The translations under genes and the position numbers were made by a program. From NCBI GenBank assembly GCA_973895155.1, contig OZ316893.1:22541844-22605843 (forward strand): 64,000 nucleotides of DNA, given 5' to 3'. Shown piece by piece: positions 10,931 through 21,800 of the stretch. Under the pieces are notes generated by a model. That model ran no database searches. It had not been told where the DNA came from and was given only the letters and a program-made list of their open reading frames with translations. The stretch is from Marsupella aquatica. Taxonomy: Eukaryota; Plantae; Marchantiophyta. How positions within the stretch are numbered: the first letter of the stretch is position 1; each line of letters begins with the position of its first letter.

Positions 10931-13900
10931 ATACCAAGGGATCGGCATACAAGCCGATTACGAGGGCAGAACAAATTGAGGCCCTATTAGAAGCCGAGAG
11001 AGCACAACGGCCTAACTCTCAGGAGCAAGAGGTGGATGAGATGGACAGACACGATCCAGAGCCAAGGCAGGAAGGGGTGCCGACCACCAATTCAAAACCG
11101 AATAGACCGGCAAGGGGACAATCTATGGACACCAAGGACGGGACCGACTCGGCTAGTCCAGCCGAGATCCCAGTTTATGGAGGTATGAGATTAGAGAGAC
11201 TGGAAGCCAAACTGGACCCGAATTTGAAGAAGCAGATTAATATGATCCAAGCACGGCAATATCGGAAGCTCGACTTAGGAGAGGGAAGAGAACTGAACTT
11301 AGGGAGAAACCTAGCACCTGAGCTCGAGAAAGAGATCAGTGACTTATTGATTGAATTTCAGGATGTGTTTGCATGGAGTCACCAAGATCTAAAGGGAGTA
11401 GATCCAACACTAGGGGAACATCGAATTGATCTCATGTTAGGAGCCAAATCATTTCGACAACCAATTCAAAGGATAAACCCGAAGTATTCCCTGCTGGTCA
11501 AAACAGAAATCGACAAACTAGTGGAAGCTGGATTCATCACTCCAGTCCTGCATTCAGACTGGGTGTCTCCAATTGTGATAGTTCCCAAGAAAGCTGGACC
11601 CGATGGTAAACCCAAGATCCGAGTTTGTCAGGATTACAAGAAGCTGAATGAAGCAACATTAAAAGACCATTTTCCTTTACCGTTTACTGATATGGTATTA
11701 GACATGGTAGCCAGTCATGAACTATATTCATTCATGGATGGATACTCTGGTTATAACCAAATCAGGATTCGGCAGGAAAACCAAATCAAGACGGCCTTCA
11801 TCACGGAATGGGGGATCTATGTCTTCAATCGTATGCCGTTTGGACTCTGCAACGCACCAGCTATGTTTCAACGATTAATGGTGAACATTTTTCATGATTA
11901 CTTGAGAAAATTCATGGAAATCTTCATTGACGACTTTGCAGTATTCGGGAAGGCATCGAAACATGCTAAATACCTCAGGAAAACCTTCATGAGATGTAGA
12001 GAGGTGGGTCTCAAGTTACACCCAGATAAATGTTTCTTTGCAGTAACCGAGGGGGTGCTACTAGGTCACAAGGTATCAAGGAAGGGCATTGAGATTGACA
12101 AAGGTAAGCTAGCAGTATGGCTAGATATCATGCAACCTAAGAACATAAAGGATGTAAGATCCTTCTTGGGATGCATTGGTTACTATCGCCGGTTCATCAA
12201 GGATTTTGCCAAGCTAGCTTTACCATTAACCAACATGCTCAAGGCAGGAGCAGACTTCGAACCCACACCCGAACGAGTCACAGCGGTGGTAGAATTGAAG
12301 CAGATGTTAGTAGAGGCCCCAGTCATGATAGCACTGGACTGGAACAAAGATTTTCATGTTTTTGTAGATGTCTCGGGCTTCTGTATTGGCTCAGTACTAA
12401 GTCAGTTGGATGAGAAAGGAAGGGACCATCCCATATACTTCGCAAGCCGTCAGCTTGCCGATGCCGAACGGAACTACTCTACCACAGAAAGAGAAGCATT
12501 AGGAGTCATTTATTCTTGTAAAAAGTTTAGGCATTATTTACTAGGGTACAAGGTAATCTTTCATACCGATCATGAAAGTTTGAAGTACCTAGTCAATAAG
12601 CCGGACCTTACAGGCAGAGTAGCAAGATGGATTTTGCTATTACAGGAGTTTGACTATGAGCTGAGAATCAAGCCGGGAAAGTTACATGCCAATGCCGACT
12701 TCTTTTCAAGGATCACAGGTAAACCTGCCACGGATTGCATCGATGATCGATTCCCCGACGAGGAGCTATTCGTTGTGGAAATAGCTGGTACATGGTACCC
12801 TGAGATTTTACAATTTCTCAGCACTTCCAGATTACAGCCAGGATTAAGCCGAGAGCAAGCCGCAGTCTTTGTGCGGAAGGTCAGACAGTATCAGTGCATT
12901 AAAGGCATACTGCACAAGCATGGAATCAACGGCACGATTCAAAGATGTTTGGAAAAGAGAGAGGTAAAACGAGTCCTACGGGCCATGCATGGAGAGGAGG
13001 CCGGAGGACATTTTGCCCAAGTAACCACGTCTAAGAAGATATTAAATGCCGGTTACTGGTGGCCCACCTTGCACAAAGATGTCTATCAGTTTATCAAACA
13101 ATGCGATCCTTGTCAACGAGCGGGAGGACCAAGGGCGTCCACCAGGCATCCACTGCACCCTATTCTACCTCTGGCACCATTCGAGAAGTGGGGTATTGAT
13201 TACATTGGACCTCTGAAACCACTGACCCACCCTCGACGGAACAAGTACATAATCCTGGCTACGGATTATGCAACTAAATGGGTAGAGGCCAGACCAACAA
13301 CGAAGGATGATGCAATTACTACGGCTAGATTCATGTATGAGCAGATCTTCACCAGGTATGGAGCACCCCTAGAATTAGTTAGTGATAGAGGAACCCATTT
13401 TTTGAATGATATAATTAGTCGTTTAAATGAGCAGTATTTAGTTAAACATAGGCCTACTACTCCCTACCATCCAAAGGCAAACGGGTTGACAGAACGAGCA
13501 AATGGAATTATAGGAAAGATATTGAACAAACCAGTAGCTCAGAACAAACTTGATTGGGACGATAAATTGTTTGCTGCTGTTTTTGCTTACAATCTTGCCT
13601 ATAAATCCACTACCGGTCATACACCCTTCTTCTTAACCTTTGGACAAGAAGCCCTGGTACCCATGCAACTTGAGACACCGACATTTCAAGTTACAATTGA
13701 GGAAAGAGCCTCAGCGGAGGAGAGCCTAAAGGAGCGAGAATATAGGTTAGAAGCTTTAGAGGAAGCGAGAATGATTTCAGCCGAGAGAGTAGAATATAGA
13801 CAGAATATCATGAAGCAGCAGTATGATAAAAAGTTGAAAGTAGTTAGTATTCATACCGGTGATCTTGTGCTACTTTATGACAATAGGTATAGTAGGTTTC

Positions 13901-14103
13901 CAGGAAAGCTTTACACTCGCTGGTTAGGACCCTTTAGAGTAACCATGATGTTCCCCAATGGCTCCGTACAATTGGCCAACATTACGGGAGAGGTATATCC
14001 AGTTCGCATCCATTATGACCGCCTCAAGAAATACTATATGGACGAAGATGAAGTTGTTCGCGAGGACGCTTCACAATTAAGTGGGGAGCTATGTGATGCC
14101 TAG
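10837..14103 (+). CDS. pol: Pol (RT-RNase H-integrase), intact 1088-codon frame at -1 relative to gag-PR
   Basis: RT: RVCQDYKKLN, MDGYSGYNQI, MPFGLCNAP, FIDDF. RNase H: DVS..IGSVL..NYSTTEREAL..TDH. Integrase: H-H-C-C, WGIDYIGP, SDRGTHF, NGLTE and WLGPF (GPY/F). The stop codon lies inside the 3' LTR. Confidence 0.96.
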   Translation: MGSSSRDSGFSAGVVAEPAGFTTLSIIGKELNTKGSAYKPITRAEQIEALLEAERAQRPNSQEQEVDEMDRHDPEPRQEGVPTTNSKPNRPARGQSMDTKDGTDSASPAEIPVYGGMRLERLEAKLDPNLKKQINMIQARQYRKLDLGEGRELNLGRNLAPELEKEISDLLIEFQDVFAWSHQDLKGVDPTLGEHRIDLMLGAKSFRQPIQRINPKYSLLVKTEIDKLVEAGFITPVLHSDWVSPIVIVPKKAGPDGKPKIRVCQDYKKLNEATLKDHFPLPFTDMVLDMVASHELYSFMDGYSGYNQIRIRQENQIKTAFITEWGIYVFNRMPFGLCNAPAMFQRLMVNIFHDYLRKFMEIFIDDFAVFGKASKHAKYLRKTFMRCREVGLKLHPDKCFFAVTEGVLLGHKVSRKGIEIDKGKLAVWLDIMQPKNIKDVRSFLGCIGYYRRFIKDFAKLALPLTNMLKAGADFEPTPERVTAVVELKQMLVEAPVMIALDWNKDFHVFVDVSGFCIGSVLSQLDEKGRDHPIYFASRQLADAERNYSTTEREALGVIYSCKKFRHYLLGYKVIFHTDHESLKYLVNKPDLTGRVARWILLLQEFDYELRIKPGKLHANADFFSRITGKPATDCIDDRFPDEELFVVEIAGTWYPEILQFLSTSRLQPGLSREQAAVFVRKVRQYQCIKGILHKHGINGTIQRCLEKREVKRVLRAMHGEEAGGHFAQVTTSKKILNAGYWWPTLHKDVYQFIKQCDPCQRAGGPRASTRHPLHPILPLAPFEKWGIDYIGPLKPLTHPRRNKYIILATDYATKWVEARPTTKDDAITTARFMYEQIFTRYGAPLELVSDRGTHFLNDIISRLNEQYLVKHRPTTPYHPKANGLTERANGIIGKILNKPVAQNKLDWDDKLFAAVFAYNLAYKSTTGHTPFFLTFGQEALVPMQLETPTFQVTIEERASAEESLKEREYRLEALEEARMISAERVEYRQNIMKQQYDKKLKVVSIHTGDLVLLYDNRYSRFPGKLYTRWLGPFRVTMMFPNGSVQLANITGEVYPVRIHYDRLKKYYMDEDEVVREDASQLSGELCDA
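14079..14091 (+). promoter_or_regulatory. Polypurine tract
   Basis: AAGTGGGGAG(CTA) immediately 5' of the TG of the 3' LTR. Confidence 0.8.
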
Positions 14104-17100
14104 ACAGGAATCACTCGGCCGGTTAAGTGGGTAAAGCAGGAAGGCACCCTAGGAACACCTTAGTATAGGGACAAAACAAGGAAAATATAAACAATTAGGG
14201 GCAACCATGGAACCCGGGCCGAGGCCGGAGGTAAGGCTGAGGGTGAAAACCCGATTAGGGTTAGGGCGCGTTAAGCGTCGGCGGCTAGGAAGGATCAACG
14301 GGAAGAAGGACCGGCAGAGGAGAGGGGTAAGGAGCGCTTGCAGGAGATGGTGGCTCATTTGCGAGCACGAACTAGGCAAACGACTACGGGAGGCCAACTA
14401 CTGTCAGCTGCTTAGGCAAGCACTCGGGGAGAGAATAGATACCGACGATCGACCTAAGGAGGGTATGAGCAACGTCAATCAAGCGGCACATTTCTGGGGA
14501 TGCTTGTTCGAACGGGCAACTGAGTACATCAAGACTTACGAGGACGAGGAATCAGAAAGGGCAGCTCGAGAACGGCAGGAGCTCGCTCGATTGTGGGAGC
14601 TGCAGAAGACGGCTTTCTTAGGAGGCGAACTCATCAAGGACGAGTTCCTGTGGACGCCTACTTCCAATCAACTCGACGATCTTCTGTTTTGCAAAGACAG
14701 CGTCGTCGGCATCCGAGAGGCCATCAAGAACTGCAACGATATACACTGGGAATTAAAGGGAAGCACGGAAAGGTGGACCCAGGCAACGGTGCTAGGAGAA
14801 ACCTCCACGGCAGCAGAGATGAAGAGGAAGGGAGCCGTCAACGATGAAGCCACCCCGGCAAAAAGAACGAGGTCAGCGGCACCAAAGAAGCCAGCCGAGC
14901 AGCAGAGCAGGAGGCAGGGAGAAGCCAAAGAGGAGGAGGTCGATCCCATCAAGGCCATTCCAACCAGGGATGACACCTGGAAGGGCTGGGCGGCAACCCT
15001 ACCGGTGGAGGTGCAACTACATTTTGCACGGAGGAGGATGCATGCTTTACGGCCATGCAGACCAAGAAGTACCAAGGCTTCATGGCCGGATCCGGCTTAG
15101 AGGCCTTTGTGAGATTACCATGGCTGAAGCCGGAGGTACCGGAGTCAGACCTATTAGAATTCGTGGGGTCATGGGAACCCGAGACCAATTGCACGAGGAT
15201 ATATGGGAAGGATTTCTATCTTACTCCCAAGGTAATTGCCGAAGTGTTTGGCTTGCTGATAGGCAATAAGACCAAAGTTGATACCAGGAAGACCTTGCCT
15301 GACAAGGAGTTCCGGTCGTTCCCCGGGCCATCAACGAAGAATGGCTTCTTCCGGAACACCTGCACCAACCCGCACATAGGAGAGATGATCGACTTCTTGC
15401 GGGTGACCATGCATTGTAACTTGCCGAGGGCAGAGATCGGCAAGGCACAGGTCTATCTGGCAGAAAGGCCAGACCCAAGTCGGGACTACAACGGGTACCT
15501 CCTCAACCAATTGAAGAAGATCTTAAAGGAGGAGCAGCAGGTAATCGGCATGGGGAGCGTGTCGCGGCTTGGCTATCACATGCCGCTGTTGTGCCGGTAT
15601 GCCAGAGGTCAGACTTTTGCCCCAGTACTTCCCCTGCAGGTAAGGGCACCCGAGGAAGCTCCAACGCCGAGGCCGTTGGCTGAGAAGCCTCAACCACCTG
15701 TTAGCCCTACAATCGAGCAGGTGTTTAGGCCCAGGAAGGAGGACTTGCCGATGCAGCAACCAGGCATGCAGAGTCTGCTGAAACTACTGGAGAACGAAAA
15801 GAAATTGGCATCGGCAACAACAACGGCAACGGCAACAATGCAGGACACTACTACAGAGGTAGGCCTACACCGGCTCACAAGAGAAAACCCCTTTGCTGGA
15901 GACAAGGAGAGGATCAGGCCTGAATCCAAGTCAGGTGTTCGAATGTATGTGGGAATCTCAAGCTCCGAATCTGAGGCAGAATTGCCTGAAGCTCCTACCG
16001 ACGAAGAGGAGAGGGAGAAGCCGGACGTCCAAGAGGTAGAGGAGGCAGTGGAGGACTGCAGCCATGATAATTCCGGCTATGGGTCGGACCATCACGTTCC
16101 AGGAGTAAGGACCTGTGGCCGGTTTGTCCCCACACTTCCAAGGGTAGTGCGAGGGGACCCCAACCAGCAGAGTAGCCCTGAGTCTCCCCCACCAGATGTT
16201 GCTCCCCCGAGCTTCGACGGCATAAAACAGATGGTGCAGGAATTTCAGGAGCGAATCAAGCAGGAGGAGGAGGCAGCCCTAGCTAAGGAAAAGGATTTAC
16301 CAGGAGGAGATTGGCCGGAGGACATCAGGCGGCTAGCCAAAAAAGGAAGCAAACCTCTAGCCACGATTGAAGAGATCCGCAGGACGGCTTGGGAGCAGAG
16401 GCCGCGATGGGCGATGCCGATCACTTCTACTTACTCCACCTACGCTAAGAATAGAGCCATGGAGTATGGTGAGATGTGTGGGGAACTTGCGCTCGGCATC
16501 TTTGGAGAGGAGTTGGAGGTAGGACCCTTTTTCCATAGGGAGCAGTTGGAGAAGCACCAATTAGAAGAAGCGGTGGCTTTAGAGAGAAGCAAGAAGGACG
16601 AGGTCATTCGGCGGCTTAGGAGGATGGAAGCCGAGATTGAAGATCTAAGGGCGGCCAAGAAAGCCCAAGATGAACTGCGGATTAAACGACATGAGCTGAA
16701 CATCATGCAGGGGCAGTTGGACACCGCGCAGGCTGATAATCAGAATATCAAGGATAAACTGACTCAGACGCAGGGAGAGTTGGCCGACACGATCAAAGAG
16801 AGGGAGAAGTGGAAGCAAGAGCTGAAGAATACAGAGGAGGCCCACATAACAGCCAACAGCCGGGCCATGGCGGAGACCCAAAGAAAGGAATGGGCGTTGA
16901 AAGGGGAGCTCGAGAAAATCCGCGGAGCCCTTGAGCAGAAGGAGGCCGAGTTAGGGAAATCCTATCAAGGGATTATGGCGCTGCAGCAGGAGCTTGCGTC
17001 CCTGACGGCCAGCTTCAAGGCCGACCTAAGGGAGAAGGACGAGATGCTCGAACAGACTTACGCCAAGATGAACCAGATGGAGTCTGTCATCATTGCAGAG

Positions 17101-18759
17101 CTCGACAAGGAGCTAAGAGCAACCCGGGAGGAGAGGACTACCTTGAAACAAGAACGGGAGGAAGCCCAGAAGGAACTAGAGGAGGCACGCAAGGACCTGG
17201 ATGAGACCCAGGAGGAGTTGGAGGAAATCACGAGGAAGATGGAGAACCTCCAGCGGCGGGCCGACAACCAAACGGAGCGGCTGAAGAAACAAGCCGCAGT
17301 ATTTAAGTGCTTGTCTTCATCAGGCCCAACTCCAATTGGGGCAACCAAGTTACCAGGAGTGGTACTGGCCGAAGAAAAAGCCGCGCCAACTGCACCAGTG
17401 CCGGAAGTAAGTGGGAAGGGGAAGGGACCAGCTGCCGAACCAGAAAAGAAGAAAAAGCGGAAACCTTCAGGGTCAAGGAGTAATCCGACTCCACAAGCCG
17501 TGGTGACCAAAGAGGTAGAACCAGCACCATCCTCCGACATGAATACGGCAATAGATCCCGCTATGATCACAGGTGGGGGTGGTGCGGCCCAAGCCGAACT
17601 ACTCAGTAAGGAGGCCGGTATTCCAGATCCGCCTCTTGAGCAGGCCGGGGAGACCGTAGCCGAGGCTGAGGCCGTAACCGATTCCCGAGCCGATGCCGAC
17701 GCCGATGGTGGACCCAGTCAGGCCGATGGAGAGTTGACTCAGTCAAGGGCAGGTAATCTGTCAGGGAATGAGCCTACGGCAGTGGCTGAGGAGGAAGCGT
17801 TGGGGGCGTCCATTAAGGATCCACCACCGGTGTCGTGACGGTGCAAGGGCGCCATTCCTTTTAGGGAGGGCGGACGTGGAGGGAGGAGGCGTGAGTGGGC
17901 AGGGCGGGCGCGGATCTCCACGTTTAGGATTAGGATCAGAACCAGGAGCGGCCCTGACACTTAGCTTAGTGGGATTGCGGTCCCACTGGTAGGAGCAACA
18001 CTTGTGCTCCTGCCTTGCTGTACATAGGTAGATTCGGGCAAGTAGATTACTGTTAAGTAGATTAGGCTTACGATGCAAAGAATGGCGGATCCACTACCAG
18101 GATAAGTACCTGGGCAGCGGGGAGCTCAGGGCCTCTTCTTTAGCAAGTTTTTAGTTTGCACCAGCCGGGCTGGGATCAAGTAGTACGAGAAGCTCTCGGT
18201 TAGTCATACAGTGACCCTTGTGTATATTCATGTTTCCTCATGCCTAAGAGCTGAATAGAGTTGGCCTCACGTCTTAGTTCGCAGAACTTGTGTATGAGAT
18301 GTACTGTTTGTATGGCAAGTGCATGGTATGACTCAGTCAGAATGAGTCATTTTGCTATTTGTGTGTCGCATTAACTTGTGTGAAGAGTGCCCACATCAAC
18401 CAAAGGAAGGAAAGTAAGCAGGGGAGTGAGAGTTGGATGTGTCGAGCTGAGAGAGGTCTTAGCGGCTTAACCAAGCCTATTGGGGATCATTCCGGCGGCG
18501 GAATCCAAACATACCTAACAAGACGAAGGGGAAGACAGGGGAAGACAGGGGAAGGCCTAGATTAGGCCGGCTACGTATCTCATGACCCGATGAAGGATCT
18601 GTCCAGTATATGTGTGTAAAATGTTAATAGTAGTAGTAGAAGGTTAGCAGCGTCCCATGCCGCTAAGCCGCGGAAACGGCCTCGCCAAGCGCGAAACCCG
18701 CGGGAATCGACTTGAGCTGGGGGGTTTCTTGGGTTTAGGGAGCCATGGGACGCACCATA
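14092..18759 (+). repeat. 3' LTR, family A (4668 bp; terminal CA mutated to TA)
   Basis: Direct repeat of 3196-7873, followed by the TSD GTTTT. Confidence 0.97.
14207..17838 (+). CDS. LTR-encoded accessory gene, 3' LTR copy: 297-aa and 927-aa frames separated by one 1-bp frameshift (~15030)
   Basis: ORFs 14207-15100 and 15055-17838. The solo-LTR copy reads through this junction (HFAREEDACFTAMQTKK), giving a 1210-aa ancestral ORF. Confidence 0.85.
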
Positions 18760-18858
18760 GTTTTTTGCTTTGGCAGTACTGATGTGTGTCCGATATGTTT
18801 CCGATGTTATTTGAATGGGATATGGTATGGGACTTTAGTGTTTTACAATGTCTAGGTT

Positions 18859-21800
18859 TGTGACGGGCCCCCGTCACATAAAATCATGAATAATGGGTCG
18901 TAGAGTGTTGTGCAGTGTAAATAAGCATTGTAAATAAGCATTTTTTTTCAAATTTTTTAAGTTAATTTTGTCACTTGTGACCAAAGTACTGTATTTATTT
19001 TTATCCCCTAATTGTTTTGCAAATATGTTGGGCCCCTTAGAAATAGAATCAGTGAAGAACTTTGCCTTGGGAGGACTCCCCATTATTTTATGACCATTTT
19101 AGGAGACCCCGGCAATGGACGTTGGGGGAAGTTTTTTTTTTTGGCAGGAGGGCGTGGCCCCGGGTGTGAGAGGACGGGAGCGGCAGGCCGCAAGCCCTGC
19201 ATAGGGCCGCGTGCTCGCCAATGAGGCACGAGCCAAGGTTGTAGCCGGGGGCAATAAGAGGCTGCTAAAGGGGGATTAAATTCCCCAATTCGGGGCTGTA
19301 GGGGCGAGCCATAGCGAGGCGCACGGTGCCAGGAGGTATGGCTGGGGTAGCTGAGGCGCAGGTGTGAGGTGGCGCCCCTGCATAGGGAGTCGCGCCCGGG
19401 CGCCAACGAGTGAGTTGCCAGGGCGAGTTGGAGGCTTGGCCGGGGCGAGCTCCCTCCATAGGGAGGCGAGCCCTCCATTATGGAGTGCCGTGGCGGGGGT
19501 GGCCGGGAGCCGGTGAGCCCGCGAGTGGGCAATGCAGCCGGGGTGCGAGGGGGAGTGCGGAGGCAGCCGGGCAGTGAGCGAGCCCTGCATAGGGCCGCGT
19601 GCCGAAGGGCAGGCAGCCGGAGAGCGCAGGAGGCCGGGACGAGCTGCATGGGCAGCCGCAGGATGAGCCGGGGCGCGAGTAAAAAAAGAGCCGCGAGCGC
19701 AGCAGGGCTGCCGGGACACAAACGTGGAGGCCGGGGTGAGCTGCGGAGGCAAGCCGGGCATGGGTCGACCCGGTGACGAGGTGATGGGCGGGGAGGCCGC
19801 GAGTGAATGGGGGCAAGCCTCCATAGGGAGGAGCCAGGTGCCAGCCGGGGTGAGCTCCCACCATAGGGAGGCGTGCCATGGGGCGAGCCTAAGGGGGGGC
19901 AAGCTGGGAAATGCCATGAGCCGGGGGTTGAAGAAGGAGGCTTAGGTTCTTTCTTCTCATTTCTTTCTTTCTTCTCCTTCCCGTTCTTTTTCCCATTGCC
20001 GAAAGCAACTTTGCCTTGGGAGCAATTTCTTCCATTCTTTTTTAGCTCCCTCTCTTGTAATTTTTCCTTTTCAATGCTCTCTCTTAGGTGATGGTTGGAG
20101 CATGGGGGTTCTGAAGTTTGGGGCCTCCGCAGTGGGCATGTTGAGTGAAGCTGAGGGGAAGTAGAGTGGACTCGAGATTGTGGTACGGGGGCTATACGGG
20201 CCAGGAATTGTACGGTGTGATGGGAATTATGGTGATAGTAGAATTTTTTTAGTGTGGATGTTTGATCCACCTGAGTTTAGTACAGCCCGTGTTCGTCGAT
20301 ACAAGGCTGCTTACCGGGATTACATTGCCACACAAATTAGGGAGGAGGGAGAGAAACAACGGTCAGCAGCCATGAGTACCGGATCCGGAACGCCTAGCAC
20401 TACGATTGTACGGAAGGTTTTCCGTAGGGTGTACCCCCGCACCTCTGCCAAGGTGATGGAAGAGGGCAAGGAGATTTTTCAGGCTACAGGGCTCACCAAC
20501 TTCATGGGTGTAGAGATTAGGATTCCTCCCGACAGGACTTGGGACATTGCGGCTGGATTGGAGTGCCGTATGGAGGGGATTTATTTTCATTGTAACAAGC
20601 AGTTGATCCCTCACGTGGAGTTGGCCAAGCTCTTATTTCTCGACAACCAGGACTTCACGTTTCAGCCAGTAGAGCCCTCTGGTGTTTTCACGCTGGAGGA
20701 GCTAGCTGAGGTGGTGAAGGATCCCACTTCCGTAACTACCATTCCCCTCTCAACGTTCAAGGATCCAGCGTACAAGGTGTTTGTGGCCAAGGTGCACCAG
20801 CGGGTACTTGGGCGGGGGCAATCAGGGACGGTGAGTGGAGATCAGTTGGCTATTGCCAATAACATCAAAACTCACCCACGCCACACGTACGGATGGTGGT
20901 ATTTCGGGATGAGAAAGTCATTGGCCATGGATCCTAAGAGTGTGAAGGCGGGAGGAGGCATGTACTTGATGGGGTCCTTCCTATTGGCCAGGCGAGAAGG
21001 GCTTCTTCCCTCACCAGGAATTGAAGGGGAAACGGTGCCACCCTTCATCACGGAAATACAGAGGATAGCCACCACCATATTAGGAAGCTTGGTGAAGGGG
21101 CCACCGTCTGAGCCAATAGCCCTTGAACCTACTACGGAAGATGACCCAGTTAAGGATAGCGTTATGGAGTGGTTGGAGTCACTTGTGGGGAACCCGGAGG
21201 AGTCTCTTGATTACAATGTTCCCGAGGTGTACTTGGCTGAATTACGTGATTTTCATGATGGAGTGCATGAAGGGCTTAAGTTGTGCCGAACGTTGAAGGA
21301 GGCCATCAACCAAGGCCAGGCCAAGGTGGAAATGTTACAAGTAAGTAATGAGGCCTTGAAAGAGGTGGTCAAGGCAAAGGAGGTGGTGATTCAAGAGCAA
21401 GGGAGGTCGCTCAAGGAGTCACATATTCAGGTTTTACAGCTGGAAGGAGCCTTATTTACTAAGGCTAAGGAGGCGCTGGAGGTGGGAGTATTGAGAGATG
21501 AGGTGGCCAAGCTCAAGCAGGGCACTAGTGAGGTAGAGAGGCTCAAGACCAAGGACCAAGGTCCAATCACCAAAGTCCTCCTAACTACCAAAGTCACACT
21601 ACAACAAAAGTCCAAGAAGGAAGTGGTGGAGTTACGGGGTCAAGTTGGACTCCTTGAGACCAGGGCCAAGAGGAACGATACGTTGAGGCTAGGGAAGAGG
21701 AAGAGCCCATCTCCCTCTAGCCCTACCCTCTCCCCAAATTTGATCTCAAAAGCCATTGAGATGGTGGTAAGAGAAGTAACTCAACGGTATGGACCAATGT

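Larger units (their letters stand above)
3196..18759 (+). mobile_element. Full-length non-chromoviral Ty3/Gypsy LTR retrotransposon (15.6 kb) with giant ORF-bearing LTRs (family A)
   Basis: Near-identical direct LTRs 3196-7873 and 14092-18759. 5-bp TSD GTTTT (3191-3195 / 18760-18764). PBS, PPT and gag-PR-RT-RH-INT order. No chromodomain and no extra archaeal-type RNase H seen. Confidence 0.97.

Noticed and set aside
3196-18759. Two 4.7-kb near-identical blocks as an assembly or segmental duplication
   Set aside because: TG/CA ends, PBS, PPT, a 5-bp TSD, scattered SNPs and an independent solo copy with the same boundaries show they are true LTRs.
19083-20270. 395-aa minus-strand ORF and overlapping frames
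   Set aside because: Arises from a GC-rich repeat tract with few stop codons. Pro/Arg/Ala low complexity.
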